Below are positions 18,927 through 32,300 of a stretch of 64,000 nucleotides of DNA, piece by piece. Position 1 is the first letter of the stretch; the number at the start of each line of letters is the position of its first letter. The position numbers and the translations under genes were made by a program. Under the pieces are notes generated by a model. That model worked only from the letters and a program-made list of their open reading frames with translations, was not told the DNA's origin and did not search any database. Origin of the DNA: Phycisphaerae bacterium (GTDB lineage: Bacteria; Planctomycetota; Phycisphaerae; Sedimentisphaerales; Sedimentisphaeraceae); NCBI GenBank assembly GCA_027078365.1, contig JALWYQ010000034.1, forward strand, positions 477 to 64,476. Reading direction: 5' to 3'.

Positions 18927-20258
18927 ATGTTTGCGCAACCACCACAGCCCTCAGAACTAACAAATTTAGAGATAGATTCGCTTGGCAAAGCAACCTACGA
19001 CTCAAATTATTTCAAAAATGAGGCGTCATACACACCTGACGACTCAAGAATTCTTTGCTACACGAGATTGAGCGATATAGAGTTATGCAAAAAACTCAAC
19101 ATTGCCGAGCCGACATTTGAACTTGCCGGACCAAGGGCAAAACTATTCTTTAATCCAACAGAGGTAACCTGCGCAGTAGTATCCTGCGGTGGTCTATGCC
19201 CTGGCCTAAACGATGTAATACGAGCAATAACCCTCACATCGCTTTGGCAGTACAAGGTCAAAAAAGTTTATGGTTTTCGTTACGGCTACGCAGGACTCGG
19301 CGCAAACCCACCAGAAGAACCAATTGAGTTAACCCCAGAGGCTGTAGATGATATTCATCACAAAGGCGGAACCATACTGGGCTCTTCGCGTGGACCACAA
19401 CCAGAGAAGGTAATAGTTGAGACACTGCTAAAATATAAAGTTGATATTCTCTTCGTTATAGGTGGAGATGGAACGTTAGCCGGCGGCTACGATCTTGCAA
19501 ACGAGATTAAATCCCAAAATCTACCAATTTCGGTTATTGGAGTTCCCAAGACAATAGATAACGATATCTACTGTTGCGAAAGGACTTTTGGATACTCTAC
19601 AGCTGTATCCGAAGCAACAAAGGCAATATTTTCTGCGCATACCGAAGCAAAAGCGGCTGTCAACGGTATTGGATTGGTTAAGCTAATGGGTAGGGATTCA
19701 GGATTTATCGCAGCTGGGGCAACTTTATGCAACAATGATGTGAACATTTGCCTTCTCCCTGAAGTACCGTTTGAACTCGAAGGTGAAGACGGTTTGCTAA
19801 AAAAACTAGAAAAGAGGCTCAAATTTAAAAACCATGCGGTGATAGTTGTAGCAGAAGGAGCCGGACAAAACCTCTTTGATGCTCAGGAGAAAAAGAAAGA
19901 CGCTTCTGGCAATATACTCCACCAAGACATCGGACTGTTTCTAATGGAGAAAATTAAAGCATACTTCAAATCTGTCAATACAGAGATATCTATAAAGTAT
20001 ATTGACCCAAGCTACACAATCAGAAGTTGCCCTGCCAATGCAGACGACTCTGGTTTCTGTACTCTACTTGGCGAAAACGCCGTACATGCTGCGATGGCAG
20101 GCAAAACAAACATGTTTATTGGCAACTGGAACGACTCACTCACACACGTCCCACTTGCAATGACATTTAAAAAACGTAAGAAACTCTCTAAAGATGGTCA
20201 AGTACTACGCACAATACTTAGGACAACAATAAATGTAGCTAAAAAGCCTATGCAATAG
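18927..20258 (+). CDS. pfk: 6-phosphofructokinase, long PfkA-family clade (phosphoryl donor uncertain)
   Basis: GGLCPGLNDVIR, IGGDGT, PKTIDNDI, MGRDSG motifs. GGDGT is ATP-like, while the Lys in PKTIDND is shared with PPi enzymes. AGGAGA Shine-Dalgarno. Confidence 0.9.
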   Translation: MFAQPPQPSELTNLEIDSLGKATYDSNYFKNEASYTPDDSRILCYTRLSDIELCKKLNIAEPTFELAGPRAKLFFNPTEVTCAVVSCGGLCPGLNDVIRAITLTSLWQYKVKKVYGFRYGYAGLGANPPEEPIELTPEAVDDIHHKGGTILGSSRGPQPEKVIVETLLKYKVDILFVIGGDGTLAGGYDLANEIKSQNLPISVIGVPKTIDNDIYCCERTFGYSTAVSEATKAIFSAHTEAKAAVNGIGLVKLMGRDSGFIAAGATLCNNDVNICLLPEVPFELEGEDGLLKKLEKRLKFKNHAVIVVAEGAGQNLFDAQEKKKDASGNILHQDIGLFLMEKIKAYFKSVNTEISIKYIDPSYTIRSCPANADDSGFCTLLGENAVHAAMAGKTNMFIGNWNDSLTHVPLAMTFKKRKKLSKDGQVLRTILRTTINVAKKPMQ

Positions 20259-20324
20259 CAAATTGTTAGAAGAAAAGACGGAGTCAATCGTGGCACAAAA
20301 TGTCGCATAAATAGTCACAGTTAA

Positions 20325-23300
20325 TTACTGTCTTGCCACGGAGTCTTTATTGGAATTGACCTTTATTGACACATTCTCTTGCTCTTTCGTTCCATCTTCT
20401 GAGGTGATTGTTAGTGTTATGAGGTGATCTCCGACCACAAAATTATCTTTAGAGAATTTTCTAGCTCTACTCAGCACTTCTTTACCTTCTTGCCACTTGT
20501 AAGAGATAGGCTTCTTACCATCTTTTAATTTGGAGTCAGCCTCAAAAGCAACAGTCTCTCCAAGAGTAAAATCCTGTTTCGTTGGAGATTTAACAATCGA
20601 ATTCTTCTTTTGTTTTGGTAATACGGTAACGTTGAGAGTATCCCTAGAGATAGCCCCTGAATTATCCGTCACTGTTAAAACAATCTCATGAGTTCCAACT
20701 GCAAAATCATTCTTCTCAAATATTGATTTAGAACTAAGAATCTTTGACCCCTCTCTCCAAACATAGGATACTATCGTACCATCCTCATCAAAACTTCCAT
20801 CGCCATTAAATGTCACTGCTTTGCCTTCAGTTACCTTTTTATCTTCGCCTGCATTGGCAACAGGAACTTGGTTAGGAACTGGCTTTACCACAACTACAAG
20901 CTTATCATGCGCTACTGCACCATCATTGTCCATCACTGCCAACGTTATCGTATGTTTGCCAACAGGAAAATCACTGACTGAGAAATTTGGACTATCACAA
21001 AGAACGGTATCTCCCTCGCTCCATTGATAAGAAACAATCCAACCGTCTTCATCAAAACTATTATCACCATAGAATATTATGGTATCACCCTCGAAAATCT
21101 CTTGATCAGAACCAGCGTATGCATGCGGAGCCAAATTAGGTATAGGTCTAACCAATATATTCACCGTATCTTCGGAGTCCATACCAAAGCTATCTATCAC
21201 CCTCAACTGTATTGAGTGGCGACCAACTGAAAGATCATCAATTTCAAAGACAGCTTCATCGCTTAGTAATTCTTCCCCCTCAAACCATTGATATGAAACT
21301 ATTTCTCCATTGCTAACCCAACTCTTCGTTGCATCTAGGGTCACAACATCTCCTTCAAATACCATCTTATCAGGGCCTGCTTCAGCAACAAGTTTAACAT
21401 TAGTATTCTCATGCACATCAACATCAAAAACATAAATTCTTGCTGGACCATCATCGTGCAAAGTCAGTGTAACCTTATGTTTACCAAGAGAAAAATCACT
21501 CTTAACAAAAGCCTTGTCTTTACTTAATAATTTATCGCCCTCTCTCCACTCGCAAGAAACATTTGAACTTGAAAAATCAGCATTAACATCAGCAACATCA
21601 AAGACAACATCATCTCCTTGAATCGAATCTATTTTGCGATCTACATTCTTTCTCAATCCATACGGCATTGACAAAACTCTAACAGAAGGAGCAGAATATA
21701 CCACAGAACTACTAGCCTCACCATTAATCTTCACCAACACTGAATCCACATCAGTTGCACCATCATTATCCGTAACAGTAAGAATCAATGTGTGAGTACC
21801 AACAGAAAAATCGTCCTTGGTAAAGCTTGGTGAATTACTAATAACATCTGTTCCATCTTTCCATTCATAAGATACTATAGAGCCATCATTGTCTCTGCTC
21901 TGACTAGCATCAAGAACAACATCTGAACCAAAGTCAACTTCTTGATCACTGCCAGCATCAGCGATTGGAGCACCATTGATAGTAATAACTACTGTGTCTG
22001 CATCGGTTAAACCACCGTCATCAGTAACAGTCAAAACAATTGTATGAGTACCAACTGTAAAGTCGCTCTTGTTGAATGTCGCACTAGTTGAAAGAACGGT
22101 AGCACCCTCTTTCCACTCATACGAAGCTATTGAGCCATCAGCGTCAGAGCTGCCTGATCCATTGAGACTCACTATCTCACCCTCATTAACTTCTTTATCT
22201 GCACCAGCGTCGGCAGTCGGCGCACCGTTTACTGTAATTACAACTGCGTCTGTATCAGTTAAGCCATCATTATCTGTTACAGTTAGAACAATAGTATGAA
22301 CTCCAACCGTAAAATCACTCTTGTTGAAAGTTGAGCTAGTTGAAAGGATTGTCGCGCCTTCTTTCCACTCGTAAGAAGTTATTGTACCGTCTGCGTCAGA
22401 GCTACCAGTTCCGTCGAAACTTACAGTTGCACCATCATTGACATCTTGATCTACGCCTGCATTGGCGACTGGAGCTCCACTATTCGCATTAACTTTAATA
22501 ATAACCGTGTCAGTATCGCTCAATCCATCATCATCAGTAACTGTCAAGACAATAGTGTGAGTACCGACGGCAAAGTCACTCTTGTTAAACGTCGCCGAAG
22601 TACTCAGGATCGTCGCTCCTTCTTTCCATTCGTAAGATGCGATAGTACCATCTGCGTCAGAGCTGCCTGTACCGTCGAAGCTTACGGTTGCGCCGTCATT
22701 GACGTCTTGATCTGCGCCAGCATCAGCAGTCGGAGCACCATTGACTGTGATTACGACTGTATCTGTATCGGTCAATCCATCATCATCGGTAACAGTTAGA
22801 ACTATCGTATGAACGCCAACCGTAAAATCACTCTTGTTGAATGTGGCTGAAGAACTTAAAACCGTCGCTCCTTCTTTCCACTCGTAAGAAGCGATTGTGC
22901 CATCTGCGTCGCTACTGCCAGTTCCGTCGAAACTTACAGTTGCGCCATCGTTAACTTCTTGATCTGCACCGGCGTCAGCGGTCGGTGCTCCGTTAACTGT
23001 GATAACGACTGTGTCTGTGTCTGTTAAACCATCATCATCGGTGACAGTTAGAACTATCGTATGAGTACCGACTGTAAAGTCGCTCTTATTAAATGTTGAG
23101 CTAGTTGAAAGAACCGTCGCACCTTCCTTCCACTCGTATGAAGCGATTGTACCATCCGCATCAGAGCTGCCTGTACCATCGAAACTTACAGTTGCGCCGT
23201 CATTGACCTCTTGGTCTGCTCCAGCGTCAGCAGTTGGAGCTCCGTTGACTGTTATCACTACTGTGTCGGTGTCAGTCAAACCGTCATCATCAGTTACAGT

Positions 23301-26300
23301 CAAGACGATTGTGTGAACTCCGACTGTAAAATCACTCTTATTAAATATTGAGCTAGTTGAAAGAACTGTTGCGCCTTCCTTCCACTCATACGAAGCTATT
23401 GTGCCATCTGCGTCAGAGCTACCAGTACCGTCAAAACTAACGGTTGCACCGTCATTAACATCTTGGTCTGCGCCAGCATTGGCAGTCGGAGCTCCATTAA
23501 CTGTGATTACAACTGTGTCGGTATCAGTCAAACCATCATCGTCTGTTACGGTCAGAACTATCGTATGAGTACCGACTGTAAAGTCGCTCTTATTGAATGT
23601 TGAGCTAGTTGAAAGAACGGTAGCACCTTCCTTCCACTCGTAAGAAGCGATAGTTCCATCTGCATCGCTACTGCCTGTACCATCGAAACTTACAGTTGCG
23701 CCGTCATTGACGTCTTGGTCTGCGCCAGCATCAGCGGTTGGTGCACCGTTGACAGTAATGACTATTGTATCAGTATCGGTTAGTCCATCATCATCGGTAA
23801 CTGTCAAGACGATTGTGTGCGTACCTACCGTAAAGTCGCTCTTGTTAAACGTAGAATTTGTTGAAAGAACGGTAGCCCCCTCTTTCCATTCATAGGATGC
23901 GATAGTACCATCTGCATCGCTACTGCCAGTTCCATCGAAACTAACGGTTGCGCCATCATTAACCTCTTGGTCTGCTCCAGCGTCAGCGGTTGGAGCTCCA
24001 TTGACTGTGATAACGACTGTATCAGTATCAGTTAGTCCGTCATCATCTGTAACAGTTAAGACGATTGTGTGAACGCCAACGGTAAAGTCGCTCTTGTTAA
24101 ATGTGGCTGAAGAATTTAAAACCGTTGCCCCTTCTTTCCATTCATACGATGCGATTGTGCCATCAGCGTCGCTACTACCAGTTCCATCAAAGCTAACGGT
24201 TGCGCCATCATTAACTTCTTGATCGCTTCCGGCATCGGCAGTCGGAGCTCCGTTAACAGTTATTACAACTGTGTCAGTATCTGTCAATCCATCGTCATCT
24301 GTAACTGTTAAAACTATCGTGTGAACTCCAACTGCAAAGTCACTTTTATTGAATGTTGAACTAGTCGAAAGAACCGTCGCACCTTCCTTCCACTCGTATG
24401 AAGCGATAGTTCCATCTGCATCGCTACTGCCAGTTCCATCAAAACTTACTGTATCACCGTCATTAACGTCCTGATCTGCGCCGGCATCAGCGGTTGGAGC
24501 ACCATTAACAGTTATTACAACTGTGTCAGTATCAGTCAATCCATCGTCATCTGTTACAGTTAGAACGATGGTGTGTGTACCAACCGTAAAGTCGCTCTTG
24601 TTAAACGTTGAATTTGTGGAAAGGATCGTTGCTCCCTCTTTCCACTCGTAAGAAGCTATTGTGCCATCTGCGTCAGAGCTACCAGTACCGTCAAAACTAA
24701 CGGTTGCACCGTCATTAACATCTTGATCTGCGCCAGCATTGGCAGTCGGAGCTCCATTAACTGTGATTACAACTGTGTCGGTATCAGTCAAACCATCATC
24801 GTCTGTTACGGTCAGAACTATCGTATGAGTACCGACTGTAAAGTCGCTCTTATTGAATGTTGAGCTAGTTGAAAGAACGGTAGCACCTTCCTTCCACTCG
24901 TAAGAAGCGATTGTGCCATCAGCATCGCTACTGCCTGTTCCATCAAAGCTTACTGTATCGCCATCGTTAACTTCCTGATCTGCGCCAGCATCGGCAGTCG
25001 GAGCACCGTTTACTGTAATTACAACCGTGTCAGTATCAGTTAAACCATCATCATCTGTAACTGTCAAGACGATCGTGTGAACGCCAACCGTAAAATCACT
25101 CTTATTGAAAGTTGAGCTAGTTGAAAGAGTAGTCGCTCCTTCCTTCCACTCGTAAGAAGCGATTGTACCATCTGCATCGCTACTGCCAGTTCCGTCAAAG
25201 CTAACGGTTGCGCCGTCATTGACGTCTTGATCTGCGCCAGCATCAGCAGTCGGAGCTCCGTTAACAGTTATTACAACTGTGTCTGTATCAGTTAGTCCAT
25301 CATCGTCTGTAACAGTCAAGACGATCGTATGAACGCCAACCGTAAAATCGCTCTTATTGAATGTTGAGCTAGTCGAAAGGACTGTCGCGCCTTCTTTCCA
25401 CTCGTAAGACGCGATAGTACCATCCGCATCAGAGCTGCCAGTACCATCGAAACTCACAGTTGCGCCGTCATTGACCTCTTGATCTGCGCCAGCGTCAGCA
25501 GTTGGAGCTCCGTTAACTGTGATTACGACTGTGTCTGTGTCTGTTAGACCATCATCATCTGTTACGGTCAGAACTATCGTATGAGTACCGACTGTAAAGT
25601 CGCTCTTATTGAAAGTAGAACTAGTTGAAAGGATTGTCGCACCCTCTTTCCATTCATAGGATGCGATCGTACCATCTGCGTCGCTACTACCAGTTCCATC
25701 AAAGCTTACGGTTGCGCCGTCGTTAACTTCTTGATCGCTTCCGGCATCGGCAGTCGGAGCACCGTTTACTGTGATAACGACTGTATCAGTATCAGTTAGT
25801 CCGTCATCATCTGTAACAGTTAAGACGATTGTGTGAACGCCAACTGTGAAATCGCTTTTATTAAATGTTGAGCTAGTTGAAAGAACTGTTGCGCCTTCCT
25901 TCCACTCATACGAGGCGATTGTGCCATCAGCGTCGCTACTACCAGTTCCATCAAAGCTTACGGTTGCGCCATCGTTAACCTCTTGATCGCTTCCGGCATC
26001 GGCAGTCGGAGCACCGTTTACTGTAATTACAACCGTGTCAGTGTCAGTCAATCCATCATCATCTGTGACAGTTAGAACTATCGTATGAACTCCGACTGTA
26101 AAGTCACTCTTGTTAAATGTGGCTGAAGAACTTAAAACCGTCGTTCCTTCTTTCCATTCGTAAGAAGCGATTGTGCCATCAGCGTCGCTACTACCAGTTC
26201 CATCAAAGCTAACGGTTGTGCCGTCGTTGACGTCTTGGTCTGCGCCGGCGTCAGCAGTCGGAGCACCATTGACAGTGATTACAACTGTATCTGTGTCTGT

Positions 26301-29300
26301 CAAACCGTCATCATCGGTGACAGTTAGAACGATTGTGTGAACTCCAACCGTAAAATCGCTCTTATTGAATGTTGAATTTGTGGAAAGGATTGTAGCGCCT
26401 TCTTTCCACTCGTAAGAAGCTATAGTACCATCCGCATCAGAGCTGCCAGTACCATCGAAACTTACAGTGTCACCATCGTTAACCTCTTGATCACTTCCGG
26501 CATCAGCAGTCGGTGCTCCGTTAACAGTTATCACAACTGTGTCAGTATCTGTTAGTCCATCATCGTCTGTTACAGTTAAGACGATCGTATGAGTACCGAC
26601 TGTAAAGTCACTCTTATTAAAAGTTGAACTAGTTGAAAGAACCGTAGCTCCCTCTTTCCACTCATACGAGGCTATTGTGCCGTCTGCATCGGAGCTACCA
26701 GTTCCATCAAAGCTTACGGTTGCGCCATCGTTAACCTCTTGATCACTTCCGGCATCGGCTGTTGGAGCTCCATTGACTGTGATAACGACTGTATCAGTAT
26801 CGCTCAATCCATCATCATCAGTAACAGTTAGAACTATAGTGTGTGTGCCAACAGTGAAATCACTCTTATTAAAAGTTGAACTAGTTGAAAGAACCGTCGC
26901 ACCTTCTTTCCATTCATACGATGCGATTGTGCCATCAGCATCGCTACTGCCTGTTCCATCAAAGCTTACGGTGTCGCCATCGTTAACGTCTTGATCGCTT
27001 CCGGCATTGGCAGTTGGTGCACCGTTGACAGTAATGACTATTGTGTCAGTATCGGTTAGTCCATCGTCGTCTGTAACAGTCAAGACGATTGTGTGCGTAC
27101 CAACGGTGAAATCACTCTTATTAAAAGTTGAACTAGTTGAAAGAACCGTAGCTCCCTCTTTCCATTCATAGGAGGCGATAGTGCCGTCCGCGTCGCTACT
27201 ACCAGTTCCGTCGAAGCTAACGGTTGCGCCGTCATTGACGTCTTGGTCTGCACCAGCGTCAGCGGTCGGTGCTCCGTTGACTGTGATTACGACTGTGTCA
27301 GTATCTGTCAATCCGTCATCATCTGTTACAGTTAAGACGATCGTGTGAACTCCAACGGTAAAGTCGCTCTTGTTAAATGTTGAGCTAGTTGAAAGAACTG
27401 TAGCACCTTCCTTCCACTCGTATGAAGCGATTGTACCATCCGCATCAGAGCTGCCTGTACCATCGAAACTTACAGTTGCGCCATCGTTAACCTCCTGATC
27501 TGCGCCAGCATCGGCGGTTGGTGCTCCGTTGACTGTAATTACAACTGTATCTGTATCGGTCAATCCATCATCATCGGTTACTGTTAGAACTATCGTATGA
27601 GTACCGACTGTAAAGTCGCTCTTATTAAATGTTGAGCTAGTTGAAAGGACGGTAGCACCTTCCTTCCACTCGTAAGAAGCGATAGTTCCATCTGCATCGC
27701 TACTGCCTGTACCATCAAAGCTTACTGTATCGCCATCGTTAACTTCCTGATCTGCGCCAGCATTAGCAGTCGGAGCACCGTTTACTGTAATTACAACCGT
27801 GTCAGTGTCAGTCAATCCATCATCATCTGTAACTGTCAAGACGATCGTGTGAACGCCAACCGTAAAATCACTCTTGTTGAATGTAGAATTTGTTGAAAGG
27901 ATTGTAGCTCCTTCTTTCCACTCATACGAAACTATTGTGCCATCTGCGTCAGAGCTACCAGTACCGTCAAAACTAACGGTTGCGCCATCATTAACTTCTT
28001 GATCGCTTCCGGCATCAGCGGTTGGTGCGCCATTGACTGTAATGACAACTGTATCAGTATCGGTTAAATCGTCGCTATCTGTAACGGTCAAGACGATTGT
28101 GTGAACTCCAACTGCAAAGTCACTTTTATTGAATGTTGAACTGGTTGAAAGAACTGTTGCTCCTTCTTTCCATTCGTAAGATGCGATTGGGCCATCAACA
28201 TCAGAACTGCCAGTACCATCAAAACTTACAGTATCGCCATCGTTGACTTCTTGGTCGCTTCCTGCGTTGGCTGTTGGATTGTGATTTACTCGCTCATCTC
28301 CAGAAACCATATTTGTTACACGGTCTTGAATTTCTCCTTTGCTTAGAACTCTATTTTCGATACTAAATTCATCTATAACATAGCTATCACAATCAGATAA
28401 GTACCCACCTAATTTTATTTTACTATTAGCGTTGTCTTTAACGTCCCAACCAGTAACATCAATAAGGTATTTATCTTCTGCTATTAGATTTCCACTTGAA
28501 TCAAACTGGCGCAGGCAACATTCCTCTACATCTAAATCAACCGTAAATGCAAAGTAAACCCAGTCATTTCTGACGTAAGAGTTTGTATCCGTTGACGATT
28601 CTAGTCTACCACCAACTCCATCATCATAGAAAAACATTCTGGCTCTACCACTAATACCAGGCGCGAACCAAACAGATGCATAGTCATTGTCGTTACCAAT
28701 TTCAAATAACTTTGCAGCAACATAATCTGTTCCTACAATCTTAAACCAGCATCCAACTGTAATACCACCAGATGTCTGGCTCGTATAATCAACGTTACCA
28801 TCTCCTGCATCAAATGTGATATTATCCCCATCAGTGTCAAATGATAAAGCATTGTTTGATGGGCTACTTCCCGCAAAGAATCCCGTAGCGGTTATAGGAT
28901 TAGTCAAGGTTGCTATCTTTGAGCCTATAGCATAATCATCATTATCTAAATTGATGTCCCAGCTGGAAGTGTCGTTAAAGTGCGCTAGAAAAGTCAGAGG
29001 ATCTTCCTTGTCATGAATCCTTACAACAACGTCATCTGTATCAGAATTGCCTTCATCATCGGTAACGGTCAATGTTATAATATGAGTCCCAACAGCAAAA
29101 TCGCTCTTATCAAAAGAAGAAGCAGAACTTAAAGTTGTTCCATTCTCTTTCCAAACATAAGAAGCGATAGAACCATCTGCATCACTACTTCCGCTAGCAT
29201 CAAGCGTTACATTTGTACCAACTAAAACTCCTTGATCATCGCCGGCAACAGCAACGGGAGTACCGTTTGGCAACAGTTCATAATTGTTTACCATTCTATG

Positions 29301-32300
29301 CACACGGGATTCAATTTCTGTCTGTGTAAGAACCCTATTATCAATAGAAAACTCATCCAACACATATCTATCAGCACTTGCTATATAATCACCAAGTTTA
29401 ATCACACTGTAAACATTATCCTTCACATCCCAACCAGTTACAGTAACAGAGAAGACATCCGTAGCAATGAGGGTGCCACTAGAATCGTATTGACGTAAAG
29501 TACATTCTTGAGAATCTAAATCAACTGTCAGAGCAAAATAGACCCAAGTATTTCTAATATATGAACTGGTATTCGTAGAAGATTCTTGGTAACCACCAAC
29601 TCCATCATCATAAAAATATACTCTGGCAATACCTTCGTTACCAGGAGCATACCACAGAGACACATAATCGTCATCATTACCAATTTCAAATAACTCTGCA
29701 CCAAGATAGTCGTTACCAATAATTTTCAACCAACAACCTACTGTAATACCTCCAGATGTCTGGTTTGTATAGTCAACATTTCCGTTAACTGCGTTAAATG
29801 ATATATTGTCATACCTAGCTACAAAAGAAAGTGCATTATTGGATGGAGTGCTTGTAGAGAAAAATCCTTCATAAGCTTCTGGATTAATGCATGTAGCTGT
29901 TCGTAAGCCAAATGCATAGTCATCGTTATTTAGATTAATATCCCAACTAGATGTGTCATTAAAGTGATCTAAGAAAGCGATTGTATCAGAGCTAGCACAA
30001 ACATTAACTACAATTTCATCTTTATTTATTGCTCCACCATCGTCAATTACAGTCAAGGTTATTGTGTGAGTTCCAACAGAAAAATCACTTTTATCAAAGG
30101 TAGAACTAGTTGAGAGTACAGTTGCCCCTTCCTTCCACTCGTAAGAAGAAATGCTTCCATCGCTATCACTACTGCCAGTTCCATCAAAACTTACTGTCTC
30201 TCCATCCATTACTTCTTGGTCTGCGCCAGCATCGGCAACTGGTATATCATTGCTACCTCTGAGTTCATTGCCATTAACCATATCAGTCACACGTGTTTCA
30301 ATCTCTGCTTGGCTAAGAACACGATTATCGAGAGAGAGCTCATCCATCCAAAAGTTATCAGCGTCCTGCTTGTAATTTATCTCTATCAGCGATGATGCCG
30401 AAGTTACGTCCCAACCGGTAACAGTTATAGCTCCTGTATATGGAGCAACGATAGAATCTCCATTGTTATCATATTGGTATATGGTGATTTGCGAATTCGC
30501 AAGGTCAACAGTAACGGCAATATAGATACTACTTGTAACACTAGAAGATGTATCAGTTGAAACAGTTACAGTTGTTAAATCATCATCATCCTTGAATGCT
30601 GCAGTCCATTTTCCAGTGCCTGTATAACCAAAATTTATCTGAATATAATCAGAAAAATCGCTGTTGTGTATTGTCACTGGTTTGACTGAAAGGTTTGATC
30701 CATCAAACGCACACCAAAAACCAATGGTCATTCCACCATCACTTGGGCAACTAACATTGCCATCATCGGCTTTGAACTTCAAAACTTCCGTATCCTGTGC
30801 ATAGTAACACCTATTTGCTGGGCTACTATTTGCAAAGAAACCAGTATCCCACGAAGGAGAATCTACAGATACTATCGCTTCCGTACCAGCTGCATAGTCA
30901 CCATTAGCAGTATTAATATCCCAACTAGAAGAATCATTGAAATGATCTAAGAAAGTTATTGAGCTGTATCTAGCGTCAATAGTTACAACGACCGTGTCTG
31001 TATCTGTTGCACCATCATCATCAGTAACTGTCAACGTAATAGTGTGAGTTCCAACAGAAAAATCACTCTTGGTAAAACTTGAAGAAGAACTTAAGACTGT
31101 TGCACCCTCTTTCCATTCATAAGAAACTATAGACCCATCAGAATCGCTACTTCCAGTTCCGTCAAGGGTTATGCTATTTCCATATTCCACTTCTTGGTCT
31201 GCACCAGCATTGGCAGTTGGAGCTATATTGTCGGCTAAGATTTTGATAGTAGATTTACTTGGATTCCCACTAATAGCAGAACCAAAGCTATCACTTTGGT
31301 CTAAACTGTTGCTATCGACTACTTCGTCTGTATCAGCAAAATCAGTCTCCACCGAGCCTTGAATATCGCCATTTGCGTCTGTTGCAATATCAGTTTCTTC
31401 AAGATATTGAAGAATTGACTGCCTCTGTTTTGTAATAACCCCAACATAGTAATCAAGATAATTAGATTCTTGCAATGTAAACTGATGCATTGTAGCTAAT
31501 GTATTGTCTCTCACAGGAGCATCAACTCTATTTTCAACATCATCACTGCAATCTACAACAGAAATATCTGAGAGGTCTTGCCCCTCTGGAGTGGAAAAGA
31601 CAACTAGCCTAGTTGGCTTATCAGTTGCTACAGACCAAGTATCGTCAATGTGAGTGATTGAAGTAATCACAGGTAAGTCAAAATTCAGATAATCAGGTTT
31701 GGCAGTTGCTGATAAAACAACATCTACCGTCTCGCTTTGTTTGTTAAATGCAACCTCAATTATAAATAGGTCTGTATCTATCTTGCGCAAACTAACTGCA
31801 CCAGAAGCGGATAGGTCACAGCCACTAAGTGAAGTATCTGAAGTATCAAGCTCTATTGCAATAGGAACTGTGAATATATCAACCAATCTTGCAGGGACAA
31901 TATTAGGGTCGTCACCAGCCACTTTCCAGTAGCTCATCATCCACTCTGGCACATCATAAGAAACGGAGATTCTCAAAGCCCCATCTTCATCGACAAGGCT
32001 AACAGAACTAATATCTCTGAGCCAACGATATTGCATCGCCTCATCCGTAGTAACACACCCTACTGACTCGGGCTGTGAATCGATAGTGGCCCGTGCATAT
32101 CTACTAAAGTCATAGAGTTTGACATACTGTGGATTATCATTCCAAAATGCATAATCCTCATACCAGCCACCGTTCTGGATTTCTCTACCTAGAAAGTCCA
32201 TAGCCAATACATATCCATCGTAAGAATCGTAACCGCCGCCATCGTATATTGCTGGATCAGAATCCATACGGGTTGTTAGTTTATAATTCGTATATATTGA

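Noticed and set aside
21970-28280. Regular 252-bp periodicity that could be mistaken for a CRISPR-like or satellite array
   Set aside because: It lies entirely inside one long open reading frame encoding PKD domains. There are no unique spacers, no leader and no cas genes.
20821-31932. Many 60-117-aa plus-strand ORFs inside the giant gene (for example 22069..22299, 22446..22799, 26773..26994)
   Set aside because: These are antisense to a continuous 4195-aa ORF and are repeated because the underlying DNA is repeated. Their low-complexity Ser/Pro/Thr-rich translations are typical of antisense frames.
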